Source: a virus (Duplodnaviria; Caudoviricetes). From it: a stretch of 60,977 nucleotides of DNA. Under the pieces are notes generated by a model that did not search any database, had not been told where the DNA came from, and saw only the letters and a program-made list of their open reading frames with translations. Position numbers and translations under genes: made by a program. This document shows, piece by piece, positions 18,605 through 29,139 of the stretch (position 1 is the first letter of the stretch; the number at the start of each line of letters is the position of its first letter). The stretch covers positions 1 through 60,977 of IMG/VR virus record IMGVR_UViG_3300021519_000001. One strand, given 5' to 3'.

Positions 18605-21600
18605 ATGGCCACAGCACCTCAAGCCCCAATGGAAACGCCACAACAAGGCGCAAATCCTTTTGCTGATCCTAATACGATGGCGGTGTATGACCAAATGCGT
18701 CAATCTGTGTCACCTAAGGAATTTGGCGATCAAGTTTTAGCGGGTGCTGAACAGGTTGATCCACAGGAAGTCGCTAAGTTCAAGTCTGCTTTAGATCAAA
18801 TTCAAATGCCTCCCGAGGCGCTTGATCTACTCAACAACATGGTTGATGAGATTCTGGCCAACCCAAAGCAGTATGCCCAGATCCGTGCCAAGTACAAAGA
18901 GATGGGTGCGCCTGACGAAATCTTGCCAGAGCAGTTTGATGCGCATTTTTTCAGTGCTTTGAACATGGCCGTAGACCAAATGATTGGCGCGCCCAGTGGT
19001 GAGCAAGCATTTGCTAAAGGCGGCATTGCCGAACTGACTCCTGTCTCCAAGGCCATTTCTAATTATGGTCGCAACGGTGACACCATGCTGGCCCACATCA
19101 CACCTGCCGAAGCACGCATGCTTCGTCGCAAGGGCGGTAGCGGCACGATCAATCCCAAAACGGGACTGCCCGAGTTCTTTAACTTGTTTAAGGAAATTGG
19201 CAACGCGTTTAAAGCAGTGGGCAATGTTGTTAAGGATTTTGCAAGCAGCACCGTCGGTCGTATTATTACAACCGTGGCCCTTGGCTTCTTTTTAGGCCCT
19301 GCAGCAGCAAGCTTCATGGGCGTAACTTCTGCTGCTGGTATTGCAGCCGTGAGCGGTTTTGTAGGTAGTGCAGGTGCTACGCTGGCCGGTGGCGGTAACT
19401 TGAGCCAAGCTTTGAAAGCTGGAGCTATTGGTGGTTTAACTGCAGGCGCAACAGTTGGTGTAACAGGTGGCGCTGGTGCTTTTGAAGCAGGCAGTGCTAC
19501 AACCCCCGGAGCCGCGTTCCAAGGTCAGTTGGACAAGTTCAGCAACTTCATGACACCTACGGCTTCCGGTATCCAAGCACCAAGCATCACGCCTACTGGC
19601 CAAGCCACGGGCATGGCTCCAGTACCAAGTTTGACAACAGATAGCATCACAACAACTGGTGCGCGTGATGCTGCTATGGTCAATAATCCATTAGGAGCCC
19701 CGCCTGTCGACGCTTCTTTTGGTAATCCACAAATACCAAAAGTAGCTAGTTTTGGTAGTCCTGTACCCATGGTCAATCCTGACTTTTCACCTGTGACTGG
19801 TGCAGGGTCCGGGGCTCCCGGAACAACCTCATTTGGCAGCAATCCTGCGGTGCAGTTTGACAGAAGCATGATGCCCGACTCGTTTGGTGCGCCTTCTGCC
19901 AGTGCAACTACTGCTGCAACAGGCAACACTATTGCACCGCCTATTCAATCGGCCCCTCCAATCCAAGCAGGTCCTTATGCCACCCCCGGCATAGGAGATT
20001 CTTTGTCTACTGCCGGCAAAGGCATTATGCAAATGATGCCCGGCACAGAAGGTACTTTTTCTCAAGGTCTTGAAAACTTTACAAAAGGTGCTGGCGACTT
20101 ATTTAGTCCCGGACCTACTTCTGAACAACTCACTGCACGCGCCAAAGATATACTGGGTACAGATACGACAGGAAAAATGACGTATGCCGATGCCTTAAAA
20201 GCGGCAAACTCAGAAACTGGCGTTTTGCGTACTTACGGTCCTGCAACCGCTGCTGGTATTGCAGCAATCGGTGCTTTTGGTGGGTTTAGTCCATCTAAAG
20301 TACCTCAGTCCGCACTTAAAACAACACTGCTCGGGGGCCCCGGATCAGCAAAAGATTTGCTTAAAACAGATCCTTATCGTTTTTACATTCAGGGTTTACC
20401 CGGTGTTCAGTACTACAACGGTTCTGTGATCAAGCCTCCCGGCATGGCTACAGGCGGTGAAGTTCAGCATTTTGAAGATGGTGGACCTGCTACTGCTACT
20501 GATCAGCAAGTGGCGGATTGGTGGGCTACAAATAGCGATAAAGGTTATTCCGATAATCAAATTGCGGCAATGATGGATCAATATGGTGTTACGCCAGAGC
20601 AGTTTGCACGATCTATTGGTGCAAATGAATCAGTTGCAGCGGACATTGCTAGTCGTTATCAATCTGCAGAGAATGCCGGTACTGATCCAAGTATTCTTCT
20701 TGGAGGTGCGCCTGCAGGAACTACGACTACCACAACAAGTGGTGGCGGCAATGATGTAGTTACAAACGTTACAGGTGGTGGTGGTGGAATTACAGATTTG
20801 GTTACCGATGCGGGAACCACAAACGTTACAGGTGGTGGAATTACAGATTTGGGTACTGGCGGCGGTAACACACGCTCTGCTTCCGATCAAGCCATTTGGA
20901 ACTACTTTGCTAACAATACCAATTTGACAGATGCGCAAATTGTGGCGGCAATGAATGCCAATAAGTGGAATATCAATGATGTTGCCCGCGTTACTGGCAC
21001 AACAGCAAATCTTGATGACTTTAATCGCCGGATTGCTGCTGTTAATGCTGCAAACAATACCACCACAACAACCGTCAGCACCGGAACTGGAACAGGTACC
21101 ACTACACGTTCTGCTGCAGATCAAGCCATTTTTAATTTCTTTCTTACTCCCGGCCTAACTGACGCACAAATTGTTGCAGCAATGGATGCCAATAAATGGA
21201 CAATTGGCGATATTGCTCGTGTTACGGGCACCACTAGTCAGTTGGATGATTTTAATCGCCGGATTGCTGCTGTTAGAAATAAAACTACAGGTACAGGTAC
21301 AGGTATTAGCGTTAGCACCAACACAAGCATTATTAGGACTACAAATACAAGTACTAACACAAGTACCGGAACAAGCACTGGAGTTACCACAACCCCCGGC
21401 GGTTTAACTAGTATTCAAGCGCCTTGGTTCATCAACCCACAGACCTTTGCTCAAGGCACTAAAGGCGTCACTGTGCCGTCTTCTACTTTGCGCAATACAA
21501 CAAATCTTCCTACAGATGCGTTGTCCCGCACCATTCAAGGCGATCTGCAAGCGGCAGGCCCCACTGTTACCAACCAAACAATGCAAGAGTGGATGGATTC

Positions 21601-22255
21601 GCGTGGATGGAAACCTGAGCAAGTGGCTTATGCTACAGGCGCAGGTTTGCCTGAAGTACAAGGACGTTATTACGGGGCTAAAAATGCTGGTATTTTGCAA
21701 GGCAATGCGCCCAGCACTACTCCAATTACCCAGCCATACAACAATACGACCGGCATTACACAGCTAATGTCACCTACAGGTCCTTTGGGCGAGTTCAGCA
21801 CCCGCACGGTGACGCCCGTAACTCCCGTGCTTCCTACTGCGCCTACAACATCAGCGCTTCCTGCCGTGTCGTTTAATCGCACGGACATTCAGCGTATGCT
21901 GCCTAACATTCCAAACGCTAACCCAACAACACCATTAAATGTTTTGGCGGGTAATCCTAGCCAATATGGTGTAACAGGCTACACAGATGCTTACTCACCT
22001 TTTGCAAATCAAGCTAAATTAATGAACATGGGTGGTATTGCAGGATTGGCTCAAGGAGGTTATCCTAGACGGAACGGTCAAATTGAGGGCCCGGGGACCG
22101 AGACCTCTGATTCAATCCCTGCAATGCTGTCTGACGGCGAATTCGTAATGACTGCTAAGGCTGTTCGCGCAGCAGGCAAAGGCGACAGACGCGCAGGCGC
22201 AAAACGCATGTATGCGTTAATGCATCAACTTGAACAAAACGCAGCACGAGGTTAA
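18605..22255 (+). CDS. Internal virion/ejection protein (1216 aa)
   Basis: GRNGDTMLAHI...GTINPKTGLPEF domain, Gly/Ala hydrophobic segment, internal repeats, C-terminal GPGTETSDSIPAMLSDGEFV domain. Confidence 0.75.
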   Translation: MATAPQAPMETPQQGANPFADPNTMAVYDQMRQSVSPKEFGDQVLAGAEQVDPQEVAKFKSALDQIQMPPEALDLLNNMVDEILANPKQYAQIRAKYKEMGAPDEILPEQFDAHFFSALNMAVDQMIGAPSGEQAFAKGGIAELTPVSKAISNYGRNGDTMLAHITPAEARMLRRKGGSGTINPKTGLPEFFNLFKEIGNAFKAVGNVVKDFASSTVGRIITTVALGFFLGPAAASFMGVTSAAGIAAVSGFVGSAGATLAGGGNLSQALKAGAIGGLTAGATVGVTGGAGAFEAGSATTPGAAFQGQLDKFSNFMTPTASGIQAPSITPTGQATGMAPVPSLTTDSITTTGARDAAMVNNPLGAPPVDASFGNPQIPKVASFGSPVPMVNPDFSPVTGAGSGAPGTTSFGSNPAVQFDRSMMPDSFGAPSASATTAATGNTIAPPIQSAPPIQAGPYATPGIGDSLSTAGKGIMQMMPGTEGTFSQGLENFTKGAGDLFSPGPTSEQLTARAKDILGTDTTGKMTYADALKAANSETGVLRTYGPATAAGIAAIGAFGGFSPSKVPQSALKTTLLGGPGSAKDLLKTDPYRFYIQGLPGVQYYNGSVIKPPGMATGGEVQHFEDGGPATATDQQVADWWATNSDKGYSDNQIAAMMDQYGVTPEQFARSIGANESVAADIASRYQSAENAGTDPSILLGGAPAGTTTTTTSGGGNDVVTNVTGGGGGITDLVTDAGTTNVTGGGITDLGTGGGNTRSASDQAIWNYFANNTNLTDAQIVAAMNANKWNINDVARVTGTTANLDDFNRRIAAVNAANNTTTTTVSTGTGTGTTTRSAADQAIFNFFLTPGLTDAQIVAAMDANKWTIGDIARVTGTTSQLDDFNRRIAAVRNKTTGTGTGISVSTNTSIIRTTNTSTNTSTGTSTGVTTTPGGLTSIQAPWFINPQTFAQGTKGVTVPSSTLRNTTNLPTDALSRTIQGDLQAAGPTVTNQTMQEWMDSRGWKPEQVAYATGAGLPEVQGRYYGAKNAGILQGNAPSTTPITQPYNNTTGITQLMSPTGPLGEFSTRTVTPVTPVLPTAPTTSALPAVSFNRTDIQRMLPNIPNANPTTPLNVLAGNPSQYGVTGYTDAYSPFANQAKLMNMGGIAGLAQGGYPRRNGQIEGPGTETSDSIPAMLSDGEFVMTAKAVRAAGKGDRRAGAKRMYALMHQLEQNAARG

Positions 22256-22258
22256 TTC

Positions 22259-23368
22259 ATGGCAGACGCAACAGTTTCCACCCAAGAACAGATAGTCCGG
22301 GAAGCCCCGGAGATTGAAGCCCAAAAACTGGCGCTTTTACAAAGCTCCAAGGCTCAAGTAGATGCAACCAACCTTGCTGCTCAGAAAGGTAATTTCCTGA
22401 CTCCAAACTATCAGATTGCGGGCATGACCCAAAATCAGATGGATGCCATTCGTGGCGGCGAAGCAGGCATTGGTGCATACCAGCCGTATCTATCAAATGC
22501 TGCAAACCAATTAGTTGCTGGCCAACAAACCACTGGTGCTGCTGTTAATACCTTGCAAGGTGCGGATACACGTAATCAGTTCGGTGCAGCGCAGGGTTTA
22601 GCAGGGCTCGCGGCTCAAGGGACTTTAGGCGCGGCTCAACCTATTGGGCAGGCGCAAATCTCCCAGTACATGAACCCCTACATGAATATTGCACTGCAGC
22701 AACAACTTGACGAAATGAATCGTCAAGCGCAGATTCAAGGTCAAGGTTTGCAGGCGCAAGCTACAAAAGCAGGTGCTTTTGGTGGTACCCGTGAGGGTAT
22801 TCAACGTGCTGAATTGGGCCGTAATTTAGCTCAAACACAAAATCAAGCGATTGCAAATGCTATGCAGCAAGGATATGGCCAAGCCTTGTCTACTGCACAG
22901 CAGCAACAGCAAAACCAGATGGCGGGGTACAACCAATTAAATAACATTGGTCAAGGTATTGGATCGTTGGCCACGGGCCAGTTTGGTATTGGTTCGCAGA
23001 TGGCTCAAGGCCTTGGCTCATTAGGCATGCAGCAAGGCAACTTGGGCACACAAGCAGCCGCTTTGGGTCAATCTGCACAAGGTATGGGCCAGCAGGATAC
23101 TAACTTCTTGTACAACTTGGGTGCGATGCAGCAAAAACAAACGCAGGCCGAATTGGATGCAGGTCGTCAAAACCAGTTGCAGCAAAATATGCAGCCATAT
23201 CAGCAGTTGGGATTCTTGTCTGATATCTACAAAGGCGCACCGTCTACTCAGATGGGTGTCACAACTTCTGCCCAACCCACTCCAAGCCCATTCCAGCAAA
23301 TTGCTGGTTTAGGCACAGGTATTTTGGCTACAACAGCGGCGGCAAAAACCGCTGGTGGCTTGTTTTAA
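22259..23368 (+). CDS. Ejection/pilot protein
   Basis: Q/G/A-rich; YMNPY, GAFGG.R, C-terminal amphipathic segment. Confidence 0.7.
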   Translation: MADATVSTQEQIVREAPEIEAQKLALLQSSKAQVDATNLAAQKGNFLTPNYQIAGMTQNQMDAIRGGEAGIGAYQPYLSNAANQLVAGQQTTGAAVNTLQGADTRNQFGAAQGLAGLAAQGTLGAAQPIGQAQISQYMNPYMNIALQQQLDEMNRQAQIQGQGLQAQATKAGAFGGTREGIQRAELGRNLAQTQNQAIANAMQQGYGQALSTAQQQQQNQMAGYNQLNNIGQGIGSLATGQFGIGSQMAQGLGSLGMQQGNLGTQAAALGQSAQGMGQQDTNFLYNLGAMQQKQTQAELDAGRQNQLQQNMQPYQQLGFLSDIYKGAPSTQMGVTTSAQPTPSPFQQIAGLGTGILATTAAAKTAGGLF

Positions 23369-23377
23369 GGACGCATC

Positions 23378-25753
23378 ATGAAGAATGAGATTTTGAAGCG
23401 CGCCATGTTTGCGATGCCTCTGTCAAAAGAGTCACGTAACAGCGGCATCATGGCTGGGTTTGACGATGAAATGCCCGAAGAGATGCCTGAGGAGCCCGAA
23501 AGCGACATGCCACAGATGGCGCGCACGCCTCAGAATCCTGAAATCTTGATGAATACTTTGCGCGGTGATATGCGTTCTACGAATGCACGTGTGCAAGAAC
23601 TAGCGCAAATGGTTGGCGATCAGGCTGCGCAAGAAACGCCCCCAGAAGTTTTAGCTTTGCTGCAAGCGCAACTGGCCGCTCCTCAAGGCGGTATTGGTGC
23701 ATTGCCACAAGGTCAGCAGATGGCTCCGCCTCCTATGGGCATGCCCCCACAGGGCGATCAAGGCGGTATGCCACCACAAGGAATGCCTCCCGGAATGGAG
23801 GGCGCTGGCCCTTTTTCACAGGGCGGGGCTGAGCAGGCTCCGCCCACTCCTGATGGCATGCCTCCAGCACATGCCGCTGCTGGTATGCTCATTACGCCTC
23901 TTACACGTGCTGCTCAATTTATGGGCGATAAGGCCGCGCAGTATGGCCCTGCGTTGAACCAATATTTGGGCAACCTGACCATGCGCGCTCAACCAACAAT
24001 TCAGCGCATGACGGGTGGTAATCCTGCGATGCCCTTATCTGTGCAAGGACGAGAGACCTTGGTCCAAGGACCTGCCGGCACGATTGCTGAAGGTGTTGGA
24101 ACAAAGCTCGCTCCTTACACAACGATGGGTCCTTTGATGACCCCTACGTTTACTGAAGGCTTGAGGATGGGTGTGCAGCGCGCGGCACAAGAATACCCAC
24201 GTATGACAGAAGCTTTGTCTCGCATGTCTCCTGCTTTAGGTTTGGGTGCAGGGTCATTGATGGCATTACCTTTCATGAAGGATTCCAGCACTCCAATGAC
24301 CCCTGAGCAACAGGCTGCTTATGACGAAAAGATGGCGCAACTGAAGGCTATTGATCAAATGCCTTCGCCTTCTCGTACCCAACAAATGGCACAGCCCCCT
24401 GCTGCGCCTGCTGCATCCGCTGCAGAGAAGCCTGCATACAATCCCATGGGCATGACTGCCGCACAGCCAAATGATTTTGCTACACAAGCAGAAATCGATG
24501 CTCAAGCGCCTGCTAAATCTACTCAGGATTTCATCAAGACTGCGCTTAAGGAAAAAACCCGTGGTGAGCGGATTAAGGAAGGCTACGCAGAACTGTCACC
24601 TTTGTTCTCTGAGATTTTGGGCGACAACAAAGAAGATATGAAGACAAATGCGCTTTTGATGCTGGCAGATGCCGGCTTTAGATTGGGAGCAAGTCGTCAG
24701 CCTACGTTTGCCATGGCTGCAAGCGAAGCTGCAGCTAACTTGCCCAAGGGCTTTATGGCGCTTTTGGCACAGTCCAAGGACCGCGATCTCAAGATCAAGT
24801 CTGCTGCTTTGTCACAGGCGTTTACCGACGTTCAAGAGCAAGACAAGTACGCTCAGCAGACAAAGCTGGAAGTGCTCAAAGGCGATTTCCGTTTGTTGTT
24901 GGAAAAAGCCAAAAACGGCGGTGCTACTGTTGAGGACGGTGGTGCCGGTTTGCTTGTTGCCAAAACCAAACAAGGCGGATTTGCTGGTGTGTCGATCAAT
25001 CCGCAGGACCCAACAGTGCAGTCTGCTTTGCAGAGCCGCTGGACATTGCGCGACACAGACAACCCATTTGTCGAGAACCGCGGACAAGCGCCAACATCAG
25101 TGGAAACAGACAAAGCAGAGCGTGTTAAACTTACTTCAACGCTGCGTGCTTTGGACAACAGCTTGTCTACGCTTGATAACCTCAAGGGCACCTACACAAG
25201 TTTGTACAGTCCCGGCACGTGGTTTGTGGACAAAGTCAACAACTTGATTGTTCCTATTGATTTTACAGGGCTGGTACGTCCTAACGTGAATCAAGCAGAC
25301 GCTGCACAGCGCGTATCTTCTGGCATGAATTCCATCTTGAAAAGTATTGCTTCTGCCAACGACAGTGGCCGTGTTGCAGTGCAAGAGCAAGAATGGGCAC
25401 GCAAAACTGCTGAAAACATTTCTGATCCCAATGCATTCTTTCAGGACAAAGAATTGGCAGCTAAAGGTTTTACCAGTTTAGAAGCCATGCTGCGTAATGC
25501 ACGTCAGCAGACGTTGACACAGCTTGGGTATGAGAACAACGATTATGCAATGCGTACCCCAAACACGGGTACAAAAAACGATCCGTTTGTTATTCCTTCT
25601 GATAAAGACAGCCAACGCGTGATGTTTAACTTCCTTGGTAGTACCATTGGTAAGTTGCAGGATCCAAAAGCTATGGTTTATGTCCAGATGCCAAACAACA
25701 GCGTGCAACAATTTAATCCTACTCAATTGCGTGGCCTGATAGGAAACCAATAA
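23378..25753 (+). CDS. Internal virion/ejection protein (791 aa)
   Basis: IL.R.MF N-terminus, P/Q/M-rich low complexity then helical; position. Confidence 0.65.
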   Translation: MKNEILKRAMFAMPLSKESRNSGIMAGFDDEMPEEMPEEPESDMPQMARTPQNPEILMNTLRGDMRSTNARVQELAQMVGDQAAQETPPEVLALLQAQLAAPQGGIGALPQGQQMAPPPMGMPPQGDQGGMPPQGMPPGMEGAGPFSQGGAEQAPPTPDGMPPAHAAAGMLITPLTRAAQFMGDKAAQYGPALNQYLGNLTMRAQPTIQRMTGGNPAMPLSVQGRETLVQGPAGTIAEGVGTKLAPYTTMGPLMTPTFTEGLRMGVQRAAQEYPRMTEALSRMSPALGLGAGSLMALPFMKDSSTPMTPEQQAAYDEKMAQLKAIDQMPSPSRTQQMAQPPAAPAASAAEKPAYNPMGMTAAQPNDFATQAEIDAQAPAKSTQDFIKTALKEKTRGERIKEGYAELSPLFSEILGDNKEDMKTNALLMLADAGFRLGASRQPTFAMAASEAAANLPKGFMALLAQSKDRDLKIKSAALSQAFTDVQEQDKYAQQTKLEVLKGDFRLLLEKAKNGGATVEDGGAGLLVAKTKQGGFAGVSINPQDPTVQSALQSRWTLRDTDNPFVENRGQAPTSVETDKAERVKLTSTLRALDNSLSTLDNLKGTYTSLYSPGTWFVDKVNNLIVPIDFTGLVRPNVNQADAAQRVSSGMNSILKSIASANDSGRVAVQEQEWARKTAENISDPNAFFQDKELAAKGFTSLEAMLRNARQQTLTQLGYENNDYAMRTPNTGTKNDPFVIPSDKDSQRVMFNFLGSTIGKLQDPKAMVYVQMPNNSVQQFNPTQLRGLIGNQ

Positions 25754-28700
25754 TGCCAACCTTGATGAATTCCCGTGGTGAGATGGTGGACTTTGCAACC
25801 GGTGAGGTTGTTGGTCGTGCTGAGGGCGTTCCTACCACAACCACCGAGCCCCGTGCCGGTGGCGAGGCTGCGCAAGATGTACAAACACAAGGCGGGGACC
25901 GTGTTAGCGGCCTGCTAAACAATCTTTCATGGGGCTTTAATTCAGCCCTTTTTGCTATTCCTGATGCTGCTCAGCGCCTTATCGGCAAGGGCATGGGAAT
26001 GGATGAGAAACAAGTATTCCAATTCACCAATCTCTTCAACAAGGGCGTACAAGCCCCAAGGAACGTTGAAGAGCGCTACGCCCGCGCCGTAGGCGAAGGC
26101 GTTGGTGGAACCATGCCCTTCACTGGCATTCTTGCCTATGCTGGGTCAGTGAAACCGCTTGTCTCTGCGGCTACGCCCGCAACAGGCCTTCTTAAAGGAA
26201 TTGCAGATGATGCTATCAAATATGTTCAACAAAGTCCGAGAACGGCTGCAGCTTTGGATATCGCGTTTGGTGCAGGCTACGAAGGACTTCGTCAAACGGT
26301 TAAAGAAACAGTAGACGACAGCAACCCCTACAAGAAGATCTATGAAGAGTTGCTCCCTGCAGCAGCATTCATCGGTCTTCCTGTAGCTGCCGCAAACCTG
26401 CCCTCTGTGCGTGGTGTGAAGTGGATCTCTGACAAAATCAAAGGCGTATCAAGCGGTCTGGGTGAGATTGAAAAAGAAACACTGCAGGGCCTGCCCGGCA
26501 TGTACAAGCTGCCTATCATCAACGTGCTCCCAACCATACTGATGAAACGTGCGGAGAGCAAGTTGGCACAGGTGTTTGGCCCTATCTCCGAGAGCCCCGA
26601 AGCACAGCAAGCATTGAAGCAACTTGAAGCCGCCTTGGCGGATCCCCGCGTTGCAAATGCGGGTTTCATGTTTGATGCTGCTGAGAAGACAATGTATTCA
26701 CCTTTGGTGCAGCGCAAAGCAGAACTCCTGCAGCAGCTTGGCCCCAAGGAGTTGGAGATCACCAAAGAGCGCATCAACAAGAACCAGCAGGCGCTGGACA
26801 GTTTGTTCTCAAGCTTCTCTCCAGAAGCACGCAAGCCTATTCAAGAAGCGTTCACCGCGGCCCAAGCAGATCGTCAACAGTTCTTTGAGAGCTTGCTGAA
26901 GAACCAAAAGGACCTGACAGATGCGGAAGTAATGTCAATCTCCGAGCGCCTAGGACCACAGAACATTGATCTATTGAATGATGAACTGCGCGGTACTTTG
27001 ATGGCCCGTATGGAAATGGATGCCAAAGCACGCGGCAATATTTTGCGCCGCATGGGCTTGAAGCAGGCCGTGTCGCCAGAAGGTTTGCCAATGCCTACGC
27101 GTGATCAAGGTGTTTCCTTGTTCCCTGCCCGGGATATTGAGTCTGCTGCCAAAGAATTGATCTCCAAGTATTCCCCAGAGCGCCCATCAATGAGCGTGCA
27201 GATTCCTGAGCCTATTCGTTTGCTGCAAAAGTTTGTGCGCACACAGGAAATTGCTCGGGAAAAAGCCGAGGCAGATATGTTGGTGCAATTGACTGATCAA
27301 GCAATTGGTGATCAGCTTGCCGGCCTTGGTAAAACACTAGACCCTGACATGCTTTCAGGCCTACGGGATGCGGTGCTTTCTGCCGTCCGTGGTGAGAAAC
27401 CAAAGACCGGCCGCAAAACTGCAAGCCTGAGTGAATTGTTGCCTCTGCCTGATGCAAAGGGCAACATCTCCATTCGTGCGATTGTGCCGGGTCGCAATAT
27501 TGTGATTAACCCCACACAGCTTAAAGCCGATGCAGCACGTGTTGCTGAAGCAAATACAGCTATTGATTTGAATTTGCCAGAGGCGCTTGACTATTTGCAG
27601 TCTGCTATGCGTTTCCGCAATCAGTCTGTGATCAATTACAACGGCTCAATGAAGCGAGGTAGCAGCCGTATTCAGGATGCACAGCGTCACATCGACACAG
27701 GCAACGCCGTCTACAAGGACATTGAAGGCCTTGTGCTGAACAACGTCCCGCGGATCAAGCAAGAGTACGATGGCATGAAGATGGTCTTAGAGGACTATGC
27801 TGCTGCCTACGAAAAGAACCTTCCCCTGCTGTTGACACAGAAGACACGTGGCGGCGATGAATTCCTTTTGCCCAACGAACGCTTGCTCCAGACTGCTTTC
27901 TCCAGTGCCGACAACTTAAAACAGTTGCAGCTTGCTGTCAGTGGATCACCCCAAGCTACCTCCATCATGGAGCGAGGAACAATTGATTGGCTGCGTAGTA
28001 AAAACGTTGTTGGCGCTGACGGTTTGGTCGATCCCCAAAAGATCCGCCAAGTTTTGGACAAGAATAAAAACATTGTTGAAGCCCTGCCTGCTAACTTGCA
28101 AATGAAGCTGCAAGACGAAGTAAAGCTGGCTGATGATTTTGTAACCCGTTTGGGCGAGATCGATGCCCGCCGTGTAGGTGCTAAGGACCAAGAGCTTGAT
28201 AGCTTGCTTGCCAAAGCAACACGCCCCGGTGCTGACCCTGCACAAACACTGCAAACTGCCCTGCGTGATCCTGCAACTATGCAGACATTGGTGCGTGGTG
28301 TGGAAAAAGATCCAGAAATGCTGGCAGCCTTGCGCCGTTCTGTGTTTGACGTGGCAACTGGGGGTGCCCAAAAAGGTGGCGCGCTTAAGTCGTTTATCGA
28401 CAACAACGAAGGCTCGCTCAAGATACTGTTTAAAAATACAGCCCACTTGGACGACCTCAAAACATTGGCTGATTTGCAGCGCCGTGTGAATGCCTTTGCC
28501 GACGTAACTGGACAGATCCCTATTTTTGAAACTTCAGATCAGCAGTTAAAGCGTTTATTTGGCGCAGGTGTGCAGTTCCTCACAACCACGGCCCGCGAGG
28601 CCGCTGTAGGTCGTATAGCCCCCTCCACGGGTGCTTTGGCGGTAATGCTGCGTATGGCGGGTGGTTTGGAGAACCAGATTTACCAACGTATTTTCACCAG

Positions 28701-29127
28701 AGCTTTGGAAGACGCAGAGTTTGCCAAGCGGATCACGCATGTGGGCACACCACAGGATGCACAAAAGTTGGCGGCTGAGTTGGAGAAGATTGGCATTCCA
28801 AAGTCTGCCTACCTGCCCAACATGAAACGCGTTACCGCACAGACTGCCGCACAAACAGCAATCAGTGATCAGCCAGAAGCAGTCGGTAATATGCCCAGCC
28901 TGCCCGTGGTCCCCGGAACAAGCGCCCAGCAGATGCTGAAGAAGATGCCGCCTGCTCCGCCAACACGTGGAACAAACTTCAACCCCCGCCTGCCAACAGC
29001 GCCTGCTGTGCAGCCCGGAGGTGGTGCGGGCAATATTCCATTGATGTATCCTTCAATGTTCCCCAATGACCCGATCAGTGGATTGCTGCAGCAGCGCCAA
29101 GCCCAGCTACAAGGTCAACAAAGATAA
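25753..29127 (+). CDS. Large internal virion/ejection protein (1124 aa)
   Basis: All-helical composition, C-terminal Y..MFPND motif; last large gene of virion module. Confidence 0.65.
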   Translation: MPTLMNSRGEMVDFATGEVVGRAEGVPTTTTEPRAGGEAAQDVQTQGGDRVSGLLNNLSWGFNSALFAIPDAAQRLIGKGMGMDEKQVFQFTNLFNKGVQAPRNVEERYARAVGEGVGGTMPFTGILAYAGSVKPLVSAATPATGLLKGIADDAIKYVQQSPRTAAALDIAFGAGYEGLRQTVKETVDDSNPYKKIYEELLPAAAFIGLPVAAANLPSVRGVKWISDKIKGVSSGLGEIEKETLQGLPGMYKLPIINVLPTILMKRAESKLAQVFGPISESPEAQQALKQLEAALADPRVANAGFMFDAAEKTMYSPLVQRKAELLQQLGPKELEITKERINKNQQALDSLFSSFSPEARKPIQEAFTAAQADRQQFFESLLKNQKDLTDAEVMSISERLGPQNIDLLNDELRGTLMARMEMDAKARGNILRRMGLKQAVSPEGLPMPTRDQGVSLFPARDIESAAKELISKYSPERPSMSVQIPEPIRLLQKFVRTQEIAREKAEADMLVQLTDQAIGDQLAGLGKTLDPDMLSGLRDAVLSAVRGEKPKTGRKTASLSELLPLPDAKGNISIRAIVPGRNIVINPTQLKADAARVAEANTAIDLNLPEALDYLQSAMRFRNQSVINYNGSMKRGSSRIQDAQRHIDTGNAVYKDIEGLVLNNVPRIKQEYDGMKMVLEDYAAAYEKNLPLLLTQKTRGGDEFLLPNERLLQTAFSSADNLKQLQLAVSGSPQATSIMERGTIDWLRSKNVVGADGLVDPQKIRQVLDKNKNIVEALPANLQMKLQDEVKLADDFVTRLGEIDARRVGAKDQELDSLLAKATRPGADPAQTLQTALRDPATMQTLVRGVEKDPEMLAALRRSVFDVATGGAQKGGALKSFIDNNEGSLKILFKNTAHLDDLKTLADLQRRVNAFADVTGQIPIFETSDQQLKRLFGAGVQFLTTTAREAAVGRIAPSTGALAVMLRMAGGLENQIYQRIFTRALEDAEFAKRITHVGTPQDAQKLAAELEKIGIPKSAYLPNMKRVTAQTAAQTAISDQPEAVGNMPSLPVVPGTSAQQMLKKMPPAPPTRGTNFNPRLPTAPAVQPGGGAGNIPLMYPSMFPNDPISGLLQQRQAQLQGQQR

Positions 29128-29139
29128 CGGAGTTACGAC

